Origin: Klebsiella phage vB_KaeM_KaOmega
Sequence record: MN013077.1
Reading direction: 5' to 3' (one strand)
DNA: 64,000 nucleotides
Every line of letters starts with the position of its first letter. Positions within the stretch are counted from its first letter, which is position 1. Below, piece by piece: positions 16,231-25,261 of this stretch. The position numbers and the translations under genes were made by a program. A model generated the notes under the pieces. It was not told where the DNA came from and ran no database searches. It was given only the letters and a program-made list of their open reading frames with translations.

Positions 16231-16401
16231 TTACAGGGGTGCGATATCCGCTCCCGGGACTTCCTGAACTACCGGGCGTCCGCCGATATTGACTTCAACG
16301 TACCAGTTCTCTGTATCAACAACCGGAGAAAGAGTCTTCCCGGTCAGACCTTCAAATGGGCCGGAGATGAATCGGATTTGTTGATATTCACTAAGTGGCA
16401 T
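16231..16401 (-). CDS. possible small protein (56 aa) MPLSEYQQIRFISGPFEGLTGKTLSPVVDTENWYVEVNIGGRPVVQEVPGADIAPL
   Basis: manual ORF; GAGGAAG RBS-like sequence; overlaps the upstream gene end by 58 nt. Confidence 0.35.
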   Translation of the reverse strand: MPLSEYQQIRFISGPFEGLTGKTLSPVVDTENWYVEVNIGGRPVVQEVPGADIAPL

Positions 16402-16853
16402 TTATCTTCCTCGTTAATAAACAAAGACATATCTGTCTTAAAGTCGTATTCTCTACGCCAAAAGACAGCCATAGTTTCGATGATTTGCGTCCCGTACATC
16501 GTACTGATGAACGAAATATCACCGTAGGTTAATTCCTTGCCGACAGGCAAGGCATCATAGAAGTGCCTCGGGACCGGAGACCAGAACTCAATACCCTTCC
16601 AGAAGAACTGGGCCTTTCGGTGCGTTCGCTCGTCGAAGGCATATTTATCCCAAGCATCCCTCCCAGCCATCCCGTCTCGTCCAGTCATGCCCATAGGACC
16701 AGTCGGGCCGGGGTTCTTCTGGGTTGCCCGATAGGCCGACATGTCAGAGATCTCTTCGATGCATCTATACACATCACCAAGGGAGCACTCAACCCCCCGA
16801 TCTTCAAGAACCTTATGGAGGGCCTCAAGGATATTTGGTCTCTCAACTGCCAA
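16344..16853 (-). CDS. hypothetical protein (169 aa) with a short collagen-like Gly-X-Y run (GPTGPMGMTGRDGMAGRD); TTG start
   Basis: ORF track; GGAGG RBS-like sequence 6 nt before the TTG, just after the upstream stop. Confidence 0.5.
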   Translation of the reverse strand: MAVERPNILEALHKVLEDRGVECSLGDVYRCIEEISDMSAYRATQKNPGPTGPMGMTGRDGMAGRDAWDKYAFDERTHRKAQFFWKGIEFWSPVPRHFYDALPVGKELTYGDISFISTMYGTQIIETMAVFWRREYDFKTDMSLFINEEDKCHLVNINKSDSSPAHLKV

Positions 16854-16865
16854 GGGATACCTCCA

Positions 16866-17204
16866 TCATTTGATGCCCTTAACACCATCGAGGCGGTCGA
16901 TCTCCTCGCGGATCGCATCGGCGTAGTCCTTGTCAACAGTGACTACGATCACCTCAGTGGTTTGGGTCTTCTTCCATCGGCGGAAGAACGTTACCAAGGA
17001 CAGGTCATGGCGGCTTGACGGGAAGTCGTCATCGGTCTTGTACACATAACCAGACTCAACCTTCACCTCTGCATCATCTGCCGGGTCATCGTAGTCTTCT
17101 TGCTCAACGCCGTCGAACGTGATCAGGACATCATCGTGATAATGACCTTTCCAGTATTCTTCGTCGTTATAAAACTGCTTCCAGAGGGCACCTTGTACTT
17201 TCAT
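16866..17204 (-). CDS. hypothetical acidic protein (112 aa)
   Basis: ORF track 16866..17252; ATG at 17204 with GGAGA RBS-like sequence. Confidence 0.5.
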   Translation of the reverse strand: MKVQGALWKQFYNDEEYWKGHYHDDVLITFDGVEQEDYDDPADDAEVKVESGYVYKTDDDFPSSRHDLSLVTFFRRWKKTQTTEVIVVTVDKDYADAIREEIDRLDGVKGIK

Positions 17205-17339
17205 TTGAGTTCTCCGATAAAGTTTGCGACGGGAATGCCCGTCAGGATTCACCAGTGCGATTCTGAGAGATTTTCTGGGAGAAGATGATAAATCACCTTG
17301 CCTCGGTGCAAAACCTCTTAGAATGCGTTACAGAGCGTT

Positions 17340-17546
17340 TTACGGAACCTGTGTGCAACTGGCATTGGGACTGCCTTGCATCAATCGGCAGATCATTGTC
17401 TTTTCAGATGTCTTCGTGACGATGTAATCCGGACAGGCAATGATCGTTGCACCACCACCGTGGTCATGTATGGTACACTTATTCAGGTCTTCTTCCGCAT
17501 TGACCCCGAAGGCCAGAACTGCCAACAAAATAATCAACTTTTTCAT
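17340..17546 (-). CDS. small secreted protein (68 aa) with N-terminal signal peptide MKKLIILLAVLAFGVNA
   Basis: ORF track; hydrophobic N-terminus followed by a Cys-containing mature part. Confidence 0.55.
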   Translation of the reverse strand: MKKLIILLAVLAFGVNAEEDLNKCTIHDHGGGATIIACPDYIVTKTSEKTMICRLMQGSPNASCTQVP

Positions 17547-17595
17547 AGCTTTTTACCCAACATGCATCCGATCCAAAAACAACACCCGATCCAAA

Positions 17596-17898
17596 CTACT
17601 GAGAAGATTGCTGCTGCGATGTACGGTCCAACCATTCATCATACTCCTTCTGCAAACCCTCAAGGGTTGAGTTCATGATGAGAGGATTGCCCTCCACCGG
17701 CTCAATAACATACAGGGCACCCGACACGTTGTCAACCTCTGACATCATCTTTTTGATGTCTTCTCGGTCAAAAACTTCCCGAGGCATCCCCGGAAAGGCT
17801 GTCAGAATCATGCTCTTGCAGTTTCTGGCAAAGCCGCAGTTGGAGGGTTGCCCACCGACAACCGCCATGTATGCAACACTTCCGAAACGTGAACGCAT
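17596..17898 (-). CDS. hypothetical protein (100 aa)
   Basis: ORF track. Confidence 0.5.
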   Translation of the reverse strand: MRSRFGSVAYMAVVGGQPSNCGFARNCKSMILTAFPGMPREVFDREDIKKMMSEVDNVSGALYVIEPVEGNPLIMNSTLEGLQKEYDEWLDRTSQQQSSQ

Positions 17899-18158
17899 CA
17901 GTTTAAACTCCCAAATGAGCCTTCTGCAACTACGGAAAGGCTTTTGTAGTCAACAACTTGGTAGTCGCCATAGGTGATCCCGGAGTTGTGGATCATTTCC
18001 TTAGCGCTATCCACAGACAGAGCCACACCCAAGAAGTCTTTCCATCCGCCAACGGCGTGGTGGTGACTGTTTGCGAATACCAGAAGCATCCGGCCCGGGG
18101 TGTATCCCGCTGCGGCAGTCAGTGCTTCAATTGTAGGTTCTTTGTTCATTTCCAGCAT
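17898..18158 (-). CDS. hypothetical protein (86 aa)
   Basis: ORF track; ATGA overlap. Confidence 0.55.
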   Translation of the reverse strand: MLEMNKEPTIEALTAAAGYTPGRMLLVFANSHHHAVGGWKDFLGVALSVDSAKEMIHNSGITYGDYQVVDYKSLSVVAEGSFGSLN

Positions 18159-18160
18159 GG

Positions 18161-18460
18161 TTAATCCTCATCCCAATTGATTTTACTGGCCCGGTGGCAA
18201 ATCATTAACCGGGTCGCCTCTGTTTGTTTACCCTGTCCGAGGAGTGTATTGTAATCCCGGCGGAACTGCAACTCTTTTATTGTGTCATCCAGCATCGGCT
18301 GGAGAACCTCCATCAGCATCTCTGCCTTTTCCGGATGCAAGGTCTCAAAAAGATCCCACCCACCGTCGGTATCCTCCTCCTCATCACCGAAGAACTCTTC
18401 ACGGAGTTCTGGAGACATCACATGAACGAGGAGATTAGAGTATCTGGTGTATTTCCCCAT
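18161..18460 (-). CDS. hypothetical acidic protein (99 aa)
   Basis: ORF track. Confidence 0.55.
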   Translation of the reverse strand: MGKYTRYSNLLVHVMSPELREEFFGDEEEDTDGGWDLFETLHPEKAEMLMEVLQPMLDDTIKELQFRRDYNTLLGQGKQTEATRLMICHRASKINWDED

Positions 18461-18633
18461 CAGCTACGCACCTTGTGCAAGACGCCAATGATAAAAGCGC
18501 CAACAAGGCCAAAGAACAGGCCGTTAACTGCTGCCTGCGGCGTAGTCATTTGGCCCAAATACGCACCAAGCCCGCCAATCAAGGACACTACACCAATGAT
18601 GAATGCTTTCTCTGCGGTGGATACCTTTTTCAT
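18460..18633 (-). CDS. small membrane protein (57 aa) MKKVSTAEKAFIIGVVSLIGGLGAYLGQMTTPQAAVNGLFFGLVGAFIIGVLHKVRS
   Basis: manual ORF; GGAGATAGAAATG RBS-like sequence; TGATG coupling to the downstream gene; two predicted TM segments. Confidence 0.5.
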   Translation of the reverse strand: MKKVSTAEKAFIIGVVSLIGGLGAYLGQMTTPQAAVNGLFFGLVGAFIIGVLHKVRS

Positions 18634-18687
18634 TTCTATCTCCTGTTTCGTTTGATAGGACCCATCATACAGGGTCCTGAGTGGATG

Positions 18688-19146
18688 TCAATCTTTTTCG
18701 AAAGCATTTAATGCCTGAAGCTCTTTCCAGGCTGTCATCCATGCCTGCTTGACCCGGGAATACTCTTTAGGGTGTGCGACCTCCAACAGACGAAGCTCAT
18801 CCCGGGTAATATTCCGCTCATCCTCAAAGAACTCCATAGCCTCGTCAGGAAGGTAAGCCGTAAAGACGATCTCTTTGAACTTGAGCGTCCTGTTTCTCGA
18901 CGTTGGTGGATCGATTATCACCCTTTCGGTAGTGACTGCCGGGCCTGTGATAGTGTTGTTATTCATCTCCCTTATCAACCTTTCCCATTCCCGGGCCTTG
19001 ATGTCAGAAGGTGTTGGAGTCCAAGGTTGATGAATATTCGGAGATGTGTACCCATCCCCAATTCTCCACGGTCCGCTAATCCCCGTTGTCTCGCTACCCA
19101 TCAATGAAGAATTGATGTGGTCCTTCAGGCTCTTATGTTCACTCAT
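18688..19146 (-). CDS. member 1 of a tandem paralog family (152 aa); C-terminal motif E(L/F)..L(E/A)...P.EY..(V/F)..AW
   Basis: ORF track; shares a C-terminal motif with the next four genes. Confidence 0.55.
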   Translation of the reverse strand: MSEHKSLKDHINSSLMGSETTGISGPWRIGDGYTSPNIHQPWTPTPSDIKAREWERLIREMNNNTITGPAVTTERVIIDPPTSRNRTLKFKEIVFTAYLPDEAMEFFEDERNITRDELRLLEVAHPKEYSRVKQAWMTAWKELQALNAFEKD

Positions 19147-19540
19147 CTGGCATCATCTCCCCCAAGTCAAAGGCCCTATAAGCTCGGCGCTTATTCCACT
19201 CGTTCGCCCAAGCCTCCCGGATCGATTTCCACTCGTACTCATCCACCACCTTGATAAAAGAAAGTTCGTCACCGTTCAATTGGGTAGCATCCTCAATCAT
19301 GGCAAAGGTTTCTGGTTTCAACCGTACCTTAAATGGAAGCCCCGCATACGATAAAACATAAAGCTCCGTGCTGATACCCATAGGCCCGGGAGTCCCGGAC
19401 ACCCCTATATCCCCTCTCGGTCCGGATAGCCCGTCTATCCCCATCACAACCCCTGTTGTCGCATCGTAGCGAAGGTGAGCCGCCTGTAATTCCCGACGAA
19501 CTCTATCCGCTGCACTGGGACTAATATTTCGCTTTTGGCC
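19139..19540 (-). CDS. paralog family member 2 (133 aa) with a collagen-like stretch GPRGDIGVSGTPGPMG
   Basis: ORF track 19139..19660; ATG at 19540 with GGAGA RBS-like sequence. Confidence 0.5.
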   Translation of the reverse strand, partial: GQKRNISPSAADRVRRELQAAHLRYDATTGVVMGIDGLSGPRGDIGVSGTPGPMGISTELYVLSYAGLPFKVRLKPETFAMIEDATQLNGDELSFIKVVDEYEWKSIREAWANEWNKRRAYRAFDLGEMMPDE

Positions 19541-20000
19541 CATTGTATTTCTCCAGTAAAAGACGATCAGCTTCATCCAAAGCCCCGGCAAACAGGGGCA
19601 CCATAGGGGCAAGATCTGCGTACAGAACCTCGAACATTGCCACCTCGCCCTCGTCAACATTGTGAGTATCTAAGAAGATCTCCTCGATCGATAGTCGCTC
19701 CGTGTCGTTCCGTCCAAAGGCATGATAAACCAAACGATCTCCTTTCTCCGGGCAGGTCCGCCATTGTAGAAGACCACTCATGCTTTTGGTCCACAGACGG
19801 AGATCTCCATTCTTCATCTCGTGGCGCATGGTAAACTCACGAGTGGTGTTGGGTCCGGTAGGGACTTCCAAGGACAATCCCCGGAATTTACCTTCCAACT
19901 TGGTTACGATCTGCCGTCTGACCGGATCGCCCATGACCGCCTTCCAACTCCAGTCTCGGGCCAGCCTCTCGATTACATCTTTGATTTCACTCATTATCAA
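19521..20000 (-). CDS. paralog family member 3 (159 aa)
   Basis: ORF track. Confidence 0.55.
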   Translation of the reverse strand: MIMSEIKDVIERLARDWSWKAVMGDPVRRQIVTKLEGKFRGLSLEVPTGPNTTREFTMRHEMKNGDLRLWTKSMSGLLQWRTCPEKGDRLVYHAFGRNDTERLSIEEIFLDTHNVDEGEVAMFEVLYADLAPMVPLFAGALDEADRLLLEKYNGPKAKY

Positions 20001-20512
20001 TCCTTCAGTGGGAAAAATACAGACAGGGTATTAGAACCCGCCGCCTTGTCGAGTTTCCGGATAACACCGAAAAACTCTCGGTTCATATCTATCAACATCT
20101 GCTCGTCACCATAAAGCATCTGGAACATATCCAACTCTTCAAATGTTGGACGCCAAGGATCGTCAAACATCTCCGTCAGGTGGGTTTTCAATCCTGCACC
20201 GTTATCGTAGATGCAGGAGTTTCCCGTCACTGTCAAACGAGATCGGGATAGCATCAGTCCGGGAATCTCCAAGCTCACCAAGTCACCCGATTCTGGGTCG
20301 ATGTTCGCCTTTACCATCTTCTCGATATCCCAAGAGGAGTCGGTTTTGGTCTTCAGGTAGAACGATGCTCGGCTATCTACATCTATTCCTCGCTCCACCC
20401 GGTACTCCAAGAACTTGAAGAAGACCTGGTGCTTCAACCAGTGGTTCCAACCGATCCAACGGGCACCCTGCCCGAACACCTCACGGGTTATCTCCTCTGA
20501 AGTCTTTCTCAT
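19997..20512 (-). CDS. paralog family member 4 (171 aa)
   Basis: ORF track 19997..20584; ATG at 20512 with GGAGAGA RBS-like sequence. Confidence 0.5.
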   Translation of the reverse strand: MRKTSEEITREVFGQGARWIGWNHWLKHQVFFKFLEYRVERGIDVDSRASFYLKTKTDSSWDIEKMVKANIDPESGDLVSLEIPGLMLSRSRLTVTGNSCIYDNGAGLKTHLTEMFDDPWRPTFEELDMFQMLYGDEQMLIDMNREFFGVIRKLDKAAGSNTLSVFFPLKD

Positions 20513-20906
20513 ATTTGTCTCTCCACTCGTTAAGTTCATCTTTTGCCAGTTGTTTTGCACGAAGATCCGACCACAGTGCCTCAAAGGCTTTATACTCCTC
20601 GGGGTAAGTGGTTTCGAAGATCGCTAAGTCATCCATGTCCAAATTGTCAGGATCAAGGAACAACTCTGTTATATCATACTCTGACCACAGTGTAACCTTC
20701 ACACCCTCGTAAGTCAACTCTTGTTCTGCCTTTCTGATGAAAGGTCCCTGCGGGCCTGTCATAGAACCCAATCCATTCCACTGCCGACCGTCCCATGCGT
20801 ACAAATCAGATCCCACTATGTAGGTATCTCCAGCGGTAACTTTTTGGGGCGGGCACGGCAGTTCATGAACCCCGTTCAGATAACCCTTTATGGATAAACT
20901 GTTCAT
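20481..20906 (-). CDS. paralog family member 5 (141 aa) containing GPQGP
   Basis: ORF track 20481..20960; ATG at 20906 with GGAGG RBS-like sequence. Confidence 0.5.
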   Translation of the reverse strand: MNSLSIKGYLNGVHELPCPPQKVTAGDTYIVGSDLYAWDGRQWNGLGSMTGPQGPFIRKAEQELTYEGVKVTLWSEYDITELFLDPDNLDMDDLAIFETTYPEEYKAFEALWSDLRAKQLAKDELNEWRDKYEKDFRGDNP

Positions 20907-20952
20907 AAACCTCCAAAAGAAAAGGTCGATCGTCTTTCGACGATCGACCCGA

Positions 20953-21396
20953 TTATCCAAAGAACAGTACGATTACTGTTACGATGGCGTATACCGCCGC
21001 CCCGGCAATGAGAATCATCCCGAAGGGCTTGCGTGTGAAGCGCTTGAGGCGAGCAAACAAGGAGTTCCTTTTCTTATGCTCCGCAACAAAATTATTGCAG
21101 AGTGTCAGGAAAGCGTTGATCTCCCCAGCATGTCCCGTCATAGCGAATGGAGTGTGCTTCAACTCTCCGGGGTTCGGGACTGCAATCGGCCCGGAAGGTG
21201 TTTCTACCACCATTCCGTGCTGATTTACCCGGTAAGTAACCCCTCGGACCTTATCTTCAAGAACATAAGCCCTGAATCCCCGAGCGTCCGCCTTGGCCCT
21301 GCGGATAGATCCGCAAGAGTATTCCAGACGATCCCCTCGGATCAGGTCGAGGTTACCCTCTACCATCGGAAGTTGACGAACGTATGCGTAAAACAT
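20953..21396 (-). CDS. hypothetical protein (147 aa) with a C-terminal TM helix
   Basis: ORF track. Confidence 0.55.
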   Translation of the reverse strand: MFYAYVRQLPMVEGNLDLIRGDRLEYSCGSIRRAKADARGFRAYVLEDKVRGVTYRVNQHGMVVETPSGPIAVPNPGELKHTPFAMTGHAGEINAFLTLCNNFVAEHKKRNSLFARLKRFTRKPFGMILIAGAAVYAIVTVIVLFFG

Positions 21397-21601
21397 AGCC
21401 TTCCTCCCGTTGTAAGATTCCGCACACCCATTTTACCATGTTATGCAAAAATACAACAGGAGACTCTTGACAAAGTTGACATGTTGTCATTTTACACAAC
21501 AAATTATCCGCTTCACATTTAAATCGCTAAAATACATTTTAATACATCGAAAATGCCTATCGTCGGGATCTGGTCAATAGGCATAACCTTGCAGTGAATT
21601 T

Positions 21602-22195
21602 TTAGTCAAAAGTTCTTTCACATCTCTGTTGGAATCTCTCCAGTGCGATCGACGTCCTTGGTTCTGCCAATCCGGTGCCGTAAACATAGGAATTTCCCCT
21701 CATCGTTTTACGAACACCATACGATCCCAACTCCAAGTCTTCGTACATAACGTCGAACCCGTCTTCGGTCTCAATCACCTCTGTTGGAAGAGCATAAAAC
21801 TCCATCAGGAACTTCTTCATCTTTCCGGCGATCCATAGCGCGTCAGTCCGGGTGTAGAAGTTTCTTTCATCACTGAGCTTTATCAGTTCCAGCTTGAGGA
21901 ACACAGGAAGATGTGTCTCATCAAGGATCGGCTCATCCCGGTAGCAAGGGGTCAAAGCCATCCAACGTCCCGGCTTGAGTTTACCTTCTTTCTCCAACTG
22001 GAGGAAAGACTGCTCCGCAGATGCCACGACGGTATCATCACCTGCGCCATACAATCGGCTGTCGTGTACGCCCGCCGGGCAGGTGTGAGACATTACGTCC
22101 GGGTCCACAAGTGCCGGGACCTTCTTGGTCTCGAACCAAAGTCCCCACCAATTGGTGGCGTCCTTGATTAATTGCAGGTTCATAGGATATTTCAT
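21602..22195 (-). CDS. hypothetical protein (197 aa)
   Basis: ORF track. Confidence 0.55.
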   Translation of the reverse strand: MKYPMNLQLIKDATNWWGLWFETKKVPALVDPDVMSHTCPAGVHDSRLYGAGDDTVVASAEQSFLQLEKEGKLKPGRWMALTPCYRDEPILDETHLPVFLKLELIKLSDERNFYTRTDALWIAGKMKKFLMEFYALPTEVIETEDGFDVMYEDLELGSYGVRKTMRGNSYVYGTGLAEPRTSIALERFQQRCERTFD

Positions 22196-22196
22196 A

Positions 22197-22457
22197 TCAC
22201 CCCCGGTGACCGTTTTTGAATGCCCGTTGAGTAATACCGGAGAACTTTTTCAGATCCTCCATCTTGAACCCCGGGTAGTTTTCTTCCAAGAAGCCCTGCA
22301 TGGCCCCATATAGATCAGACATCTCGACAAGAATCATGACGTGGCTACCCTGACGGTGTGCATCCAGCAGTTCCTCGACCTCTTCTTGAATCTTGCCGAG
22401 AGATCCGAAACGGCGTTTTTCTATTTTGTCCAAGTGATAACCTGGTTTACTTTCCAC
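22197..22457 (-). CDS. small MazG/HisE-like NTP pyrophosphohydrolase (86 aa), GTG start
   Basis: EEVEELLDA...E..D motif typical of the all-alpha NTP-PPase fold; GAGGAGG RBS-like sequence. Confidence 0.5.
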   Translation of the reverse strand: MESKPGYHLDKIEKRRFGSLGKIQEEVEELLDAHRQGSHVMILVEMSDLYGAMQGFLEENYPGFKMEDLKKFSGITQRAFKNGHRG

Positions 22458-22469
22458 AATGTGCCCTCC

Positions 22470-22961
22470 TCACGGACAACAGCGGTCTGACCCGCCGCAG
22501 TAATATGACCAGTTCTTACCGTTATAGTAATTTACTGATCCGACTCTTTCACATCTCTCGCAGCGTTCCTCTCTTACGTAGTAGTCTATGCTGCACGAGT
22601 GTGGCCTGTTGAAAGCCTCGATTATGTCAAAGCATAAGGTTCTTAACCACTGCATCTGATTATGGTCACAAACCTCCAGCAAGTCAATCTCTTCTTTTCT
22701 GGGTCGGGCAGGATCTTCGAAATATGGTGTCACAACCCACCCAAGTGCGAGACTGGTTACCTCACCGTCCACCACGTTGTACACAATATCCTCTATGTGG
22801 CGGACAGTAACTTCTTCGATTACTTCCTTGCAGGCTTTTCCACCAATGCTTACTTTCCCGTTACGGATGTTGTCCTCAATCCAACGAATCACCGGGAATT
22901 TCTCCCGGTGTGTTTTCATTGACAACAGGTAAGCCATTCGCCCGTTGTTCATTGTTACCAT
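22470..22961 (-). CDS. hypothetical protein (163 aa) with a C-terminal Cys cluster (CERCERV...CGGSDRCC)
   Basis: ORF track. Confidence 0.55.
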   Translation of the reverse strand: MVTMNNGRMAYLLSMKTHREKFPVIRWIEDNIRNGKVSIGGKACKEVIEEVTVRHIEDIVYNVVDGEVTSLALGWVVTPYFEDPARPRKEEIDLLEVCDHNQMQWLRTLCFDIIEAFNRPHSCSIDYYVREERCERCERVGSVNYYNGKNWSYYCGGSDRCCP

Positions 22962-24073
22962 ACAGAATCCTGTACATTGAGGATCAGTTCTTCAGCCAAT
23001 CGCTTGTTGCTGTTCTTCGGCAACTTACTCTCGTGGTAAAGAACTTCACGGATCAGTTTGTCCTTGTCTTCTGCCCACTCAACGATATCCTCATAGCTGT
23101 GGGTTCCGTTACGGATGCCGAGCAATTCCTCTGCGTCCGGTCGGCGAACGATAACCTGACCAGTTTCCAGGATTTCCTGTCCCATACGGAGCAGGCGCAC
23201 CAAGTGCATGGCATGTTTGGTGTCGTAACCGAACTTCTCTTCCAGTTCGTGCCGGGCGGCGTTACGGTTCTTCACCCACTGCCAGTAGTTGTGGTGCTTA
23301 TCTTTCGCCGTCATGTGATCCTGACGGAGATACTTCACGATGAACAGCGGCGGTTGCTTCTTCACAGATTCCGGGATCTCGTCGTACTGCAACTTACGGA
23401 TCGAGCCGTCTGGGTTGAACATTGGCCCAACGTCCGCTCGGTGATCCGGCACAACGCCGTAGATGTCAGCACCGAATGGCACCAAGGTGCATAGACCTTC
23501 CATGTTGTTCAGTTTACGCATGAAGTCTTCGTGCTTCAACACCTTCACGTCAAGGTAGCTCTGCACCAAGCGGAAGAACTCCAGTTGGGTCGGCTTGGCT
23601 TCGGGCATCGGGTTGTTGATATGCTTGTTGTGACCCTTGATGCGTTTCAACTGCGCCATCGCATACCCGCCGAAGCGGTAAGCAACGTTTTTGTTCAGCA
23701 GTTCTGGCAAGAACGACTTCAAGTAGTCCCACGCCGGATGCTTGTACAGGGTCGCTTGGTCATCGGTGAATCCAAGCTCGATGATGTTGGGGTTCATGTC
23801 GCAGAACAATTCCATGAAGTTGTTCAGTTCGTAAACCTTACCATCCTCTTCGTCCTCAATCCCCATTTCACGGAGAGTGCGGAACGGTGCCCGGATGACT
23901 CCCGGGCGGGCAACGATGATGCCACGGATATCGGTATCGCTAGTCGGAGTCGCCGTACCATACGCATGAGATCCGGCGAGACATAACATCAGCACCTTCG
24001 ACACGTCTTTGTGACTTTCCAGTTTCTCGACGATGCTTTTTACCCTTCCATTTGTCACAATGGTATTTTCCAT
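22955..24073 (-). CDS. Pol-beta-superfamily nucleotidyltransferase (372 aa; motif GSHAYGTATPTSDTDIRGI)
   Basis: ORF track 22955..24106; ATG at 24073 with GGAGGA RBS-like sequence; canonical GS..D.D minimal NTase motif. Confidence 0.65.
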   Translation of the reverse strand: MENTIVTNGRVKSIVEKLESHKDVSKVLMLCLAGSHAYGTATPTSDTDIRGIIVARPGVIRAPFRTLREMGIEDEEDGKVYELNNFMELFCDMNPNIIELGFTDDQATLYKHPAWDYLKSFLPELLNKNVAYRFGGYAMAQLKRIKGHNKHINNPMPEAKPTQLEFFRLVQSYLDVKVLKHEDFMRKLNNMEGLCTLVPFGADIYGVVPDHRADVGPMFNPDGSIRKLQYDEIPESVKKQPPLFIVKYLRQDHMTAKDKHHNYWQWVKNRNAARHELEEKFGYDTKHAMHLVRLLRMGQEILETGQVIVRRPDAEELLGIRNGTHSYEDIVEWAEDKDKLIREVLYHESKLPKNSNKRLAEELILNVQDSVW

Positions 24074-24160
24074 TAATCCTCCAGTCGTGCAAATCACAGA
24101 GACCAACCCACCCGGGCTTCTTCACCCGGATGAAATTGTTGCAGTTCGTACAGTCTTTGG

Positions 24161-24562
24161 TTAGAGACATTTTACCCCGTAAACAATTAGCGCGATCACC
24201 ATACCACTTGTGTAGATTGCACCGAAGACATGTTGACCGTAAGTGAACGTTTTGGTCTTGCCTGCATTGGCGATGCCCAAAATGTATCCAACAATGATCG
24301 ATGCCCAGTGAACAATCAGGATGCCGAGGCTCAGTGCGCCAGGAGACCAAATGTACAGCGAGTAAGAAAGGTACGCTGCAAAGATACCCATCAAGGTCTT
24401 GAAGAGAAGAGACCCGGCACCCAGCGTCCGCTGTTCGAACTTCAATGCTTCCGGCTTAATGCTTTCTAAGAAGAGCATCAGGCCCAAGCTGATTACATTC
24501 AGGCTCGCGCCCAAGCAGAAGATTACCATAAGAACGATGTACTGCCAAGTTGGTGCCAACAT
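24161..24562 (-). CDS. integral membrane protein (133 aa, about 4 TM)
   Basis: ORF track; hydrophobic. Confidence 0.55.
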   Translation of the reverse strand: MLAPTWQYIVLMVIFCLGASLNVISLGLMLFLESIKPEALKFEQRTLGAGSLLFKTLMGIFAAYLSYSLYIWSPGALSLGILIVHWASIIVGYILGIANAGKTKTFTYGQHVFGAIYTSGMVIALIVYGVKCL

Positions 24563-24963
24563 TATAATTTCTCCTCATAAATATCAGTGATGAGGTCAGA
24601 GACCTCGAAAGGTTCTAACTCTTCGACGTTGATCAGGCGCTTCAAACGCTCAATAACGAAGTCCTTCTTCACAAACACATCCGACAGGTGTGCAATGTCC
24701 TGCTTCCCACGCACCCCACTGACCAACTGCTTGTACCGGATATGCTCATAATACTCTTCCCGGGTGATGTCTGTCAACATCTTTCCATCTGCGAGTTTCA
24801 AAAAGACAGTGCCGTGGTCCCAGTCGAATCCGCTGTGGGCAGAGTCTACACTGACACGGGGTGTTCCGCCAATGGTCACGAAACCTTTGTCGATCTGTAC
24901 CGCCACTTTGTCTTCCGGGTTGCATTTCTGCAACTGCTCAATCAACTCTTTAACTTTTATCAT
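24562..24963 (-). CDS. hypothetical protein (133 aa)
   Basis: ORF track; ATGA overlap. Confidence 0.55.
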   Translation of the reverse strand: MIKVKELIEQLQKCNPEDKVAVQIDKGFVTIGGTPRVSVDSAHSGFDWDHGTVFLKLADGKMLTDITREEYYEHIRYKQLVSGVRGKQDIAHLSDVFVKKDFVIERLKRLINVEELEPFEVSDLITDIYEEKL

Positions 24964-25259
24964 TTGCCGACCTTACAGAAATGTGCCAGAGCCAACCCGA
25001 TCAGGGACAGAACTGCCGCCGCCAAGATGAAAGGTAAAAAGAACGGCAGTATTGTCAGCAGTACCGGGGTGATGAAGCCAAGAACAGCGCCAACCAATGA
25101 TCCCAGCATCGCCCCATTTTCACGATTGTAACTCGGTTCCCCGGCAAGGGCCAAGAGTACCACCCCTAACCACACCAAGACGCCGATTATCGCCCATACC
25201 CACCCTATCATCACGACACTTCCGATAGCGTTCGAAGCCGCAACCATTAAATCAAACAT
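24960..25259 (-). CDS. membrane protein (99 aa, 3 TM)
   Basis: ORF track; hydrophobic. Confidence 0.55.
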   Translation of the reverse strand: MFDLMVAASNAIGSVVMIGWVWAIIGVLVWLGVVLLALAGEPSYNRENGAMLGSLVGAVLGFITPVLLTILPFFLPFILAAAVLSLIGLALAHFCKVGK

Positions 25260-25261
25260 GA

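Noticed and set aside
23940-24350. 136-aa minus-strand ORF (Cys-rich) between the membrane protein gene and the nucleotidyltransferase gene
   Set aside because: It overlaps the upstream gene extensively, and even from an internal ATG (24170) it overlaps the NTase start by about 130 nt. The intergenic stretch instead holds a hairpin (CCGGGTGAAGAAGCCCGG) and the RBS-like sequence GGAGGA plus ATG of the NTase. It is most likely a spurious frame.
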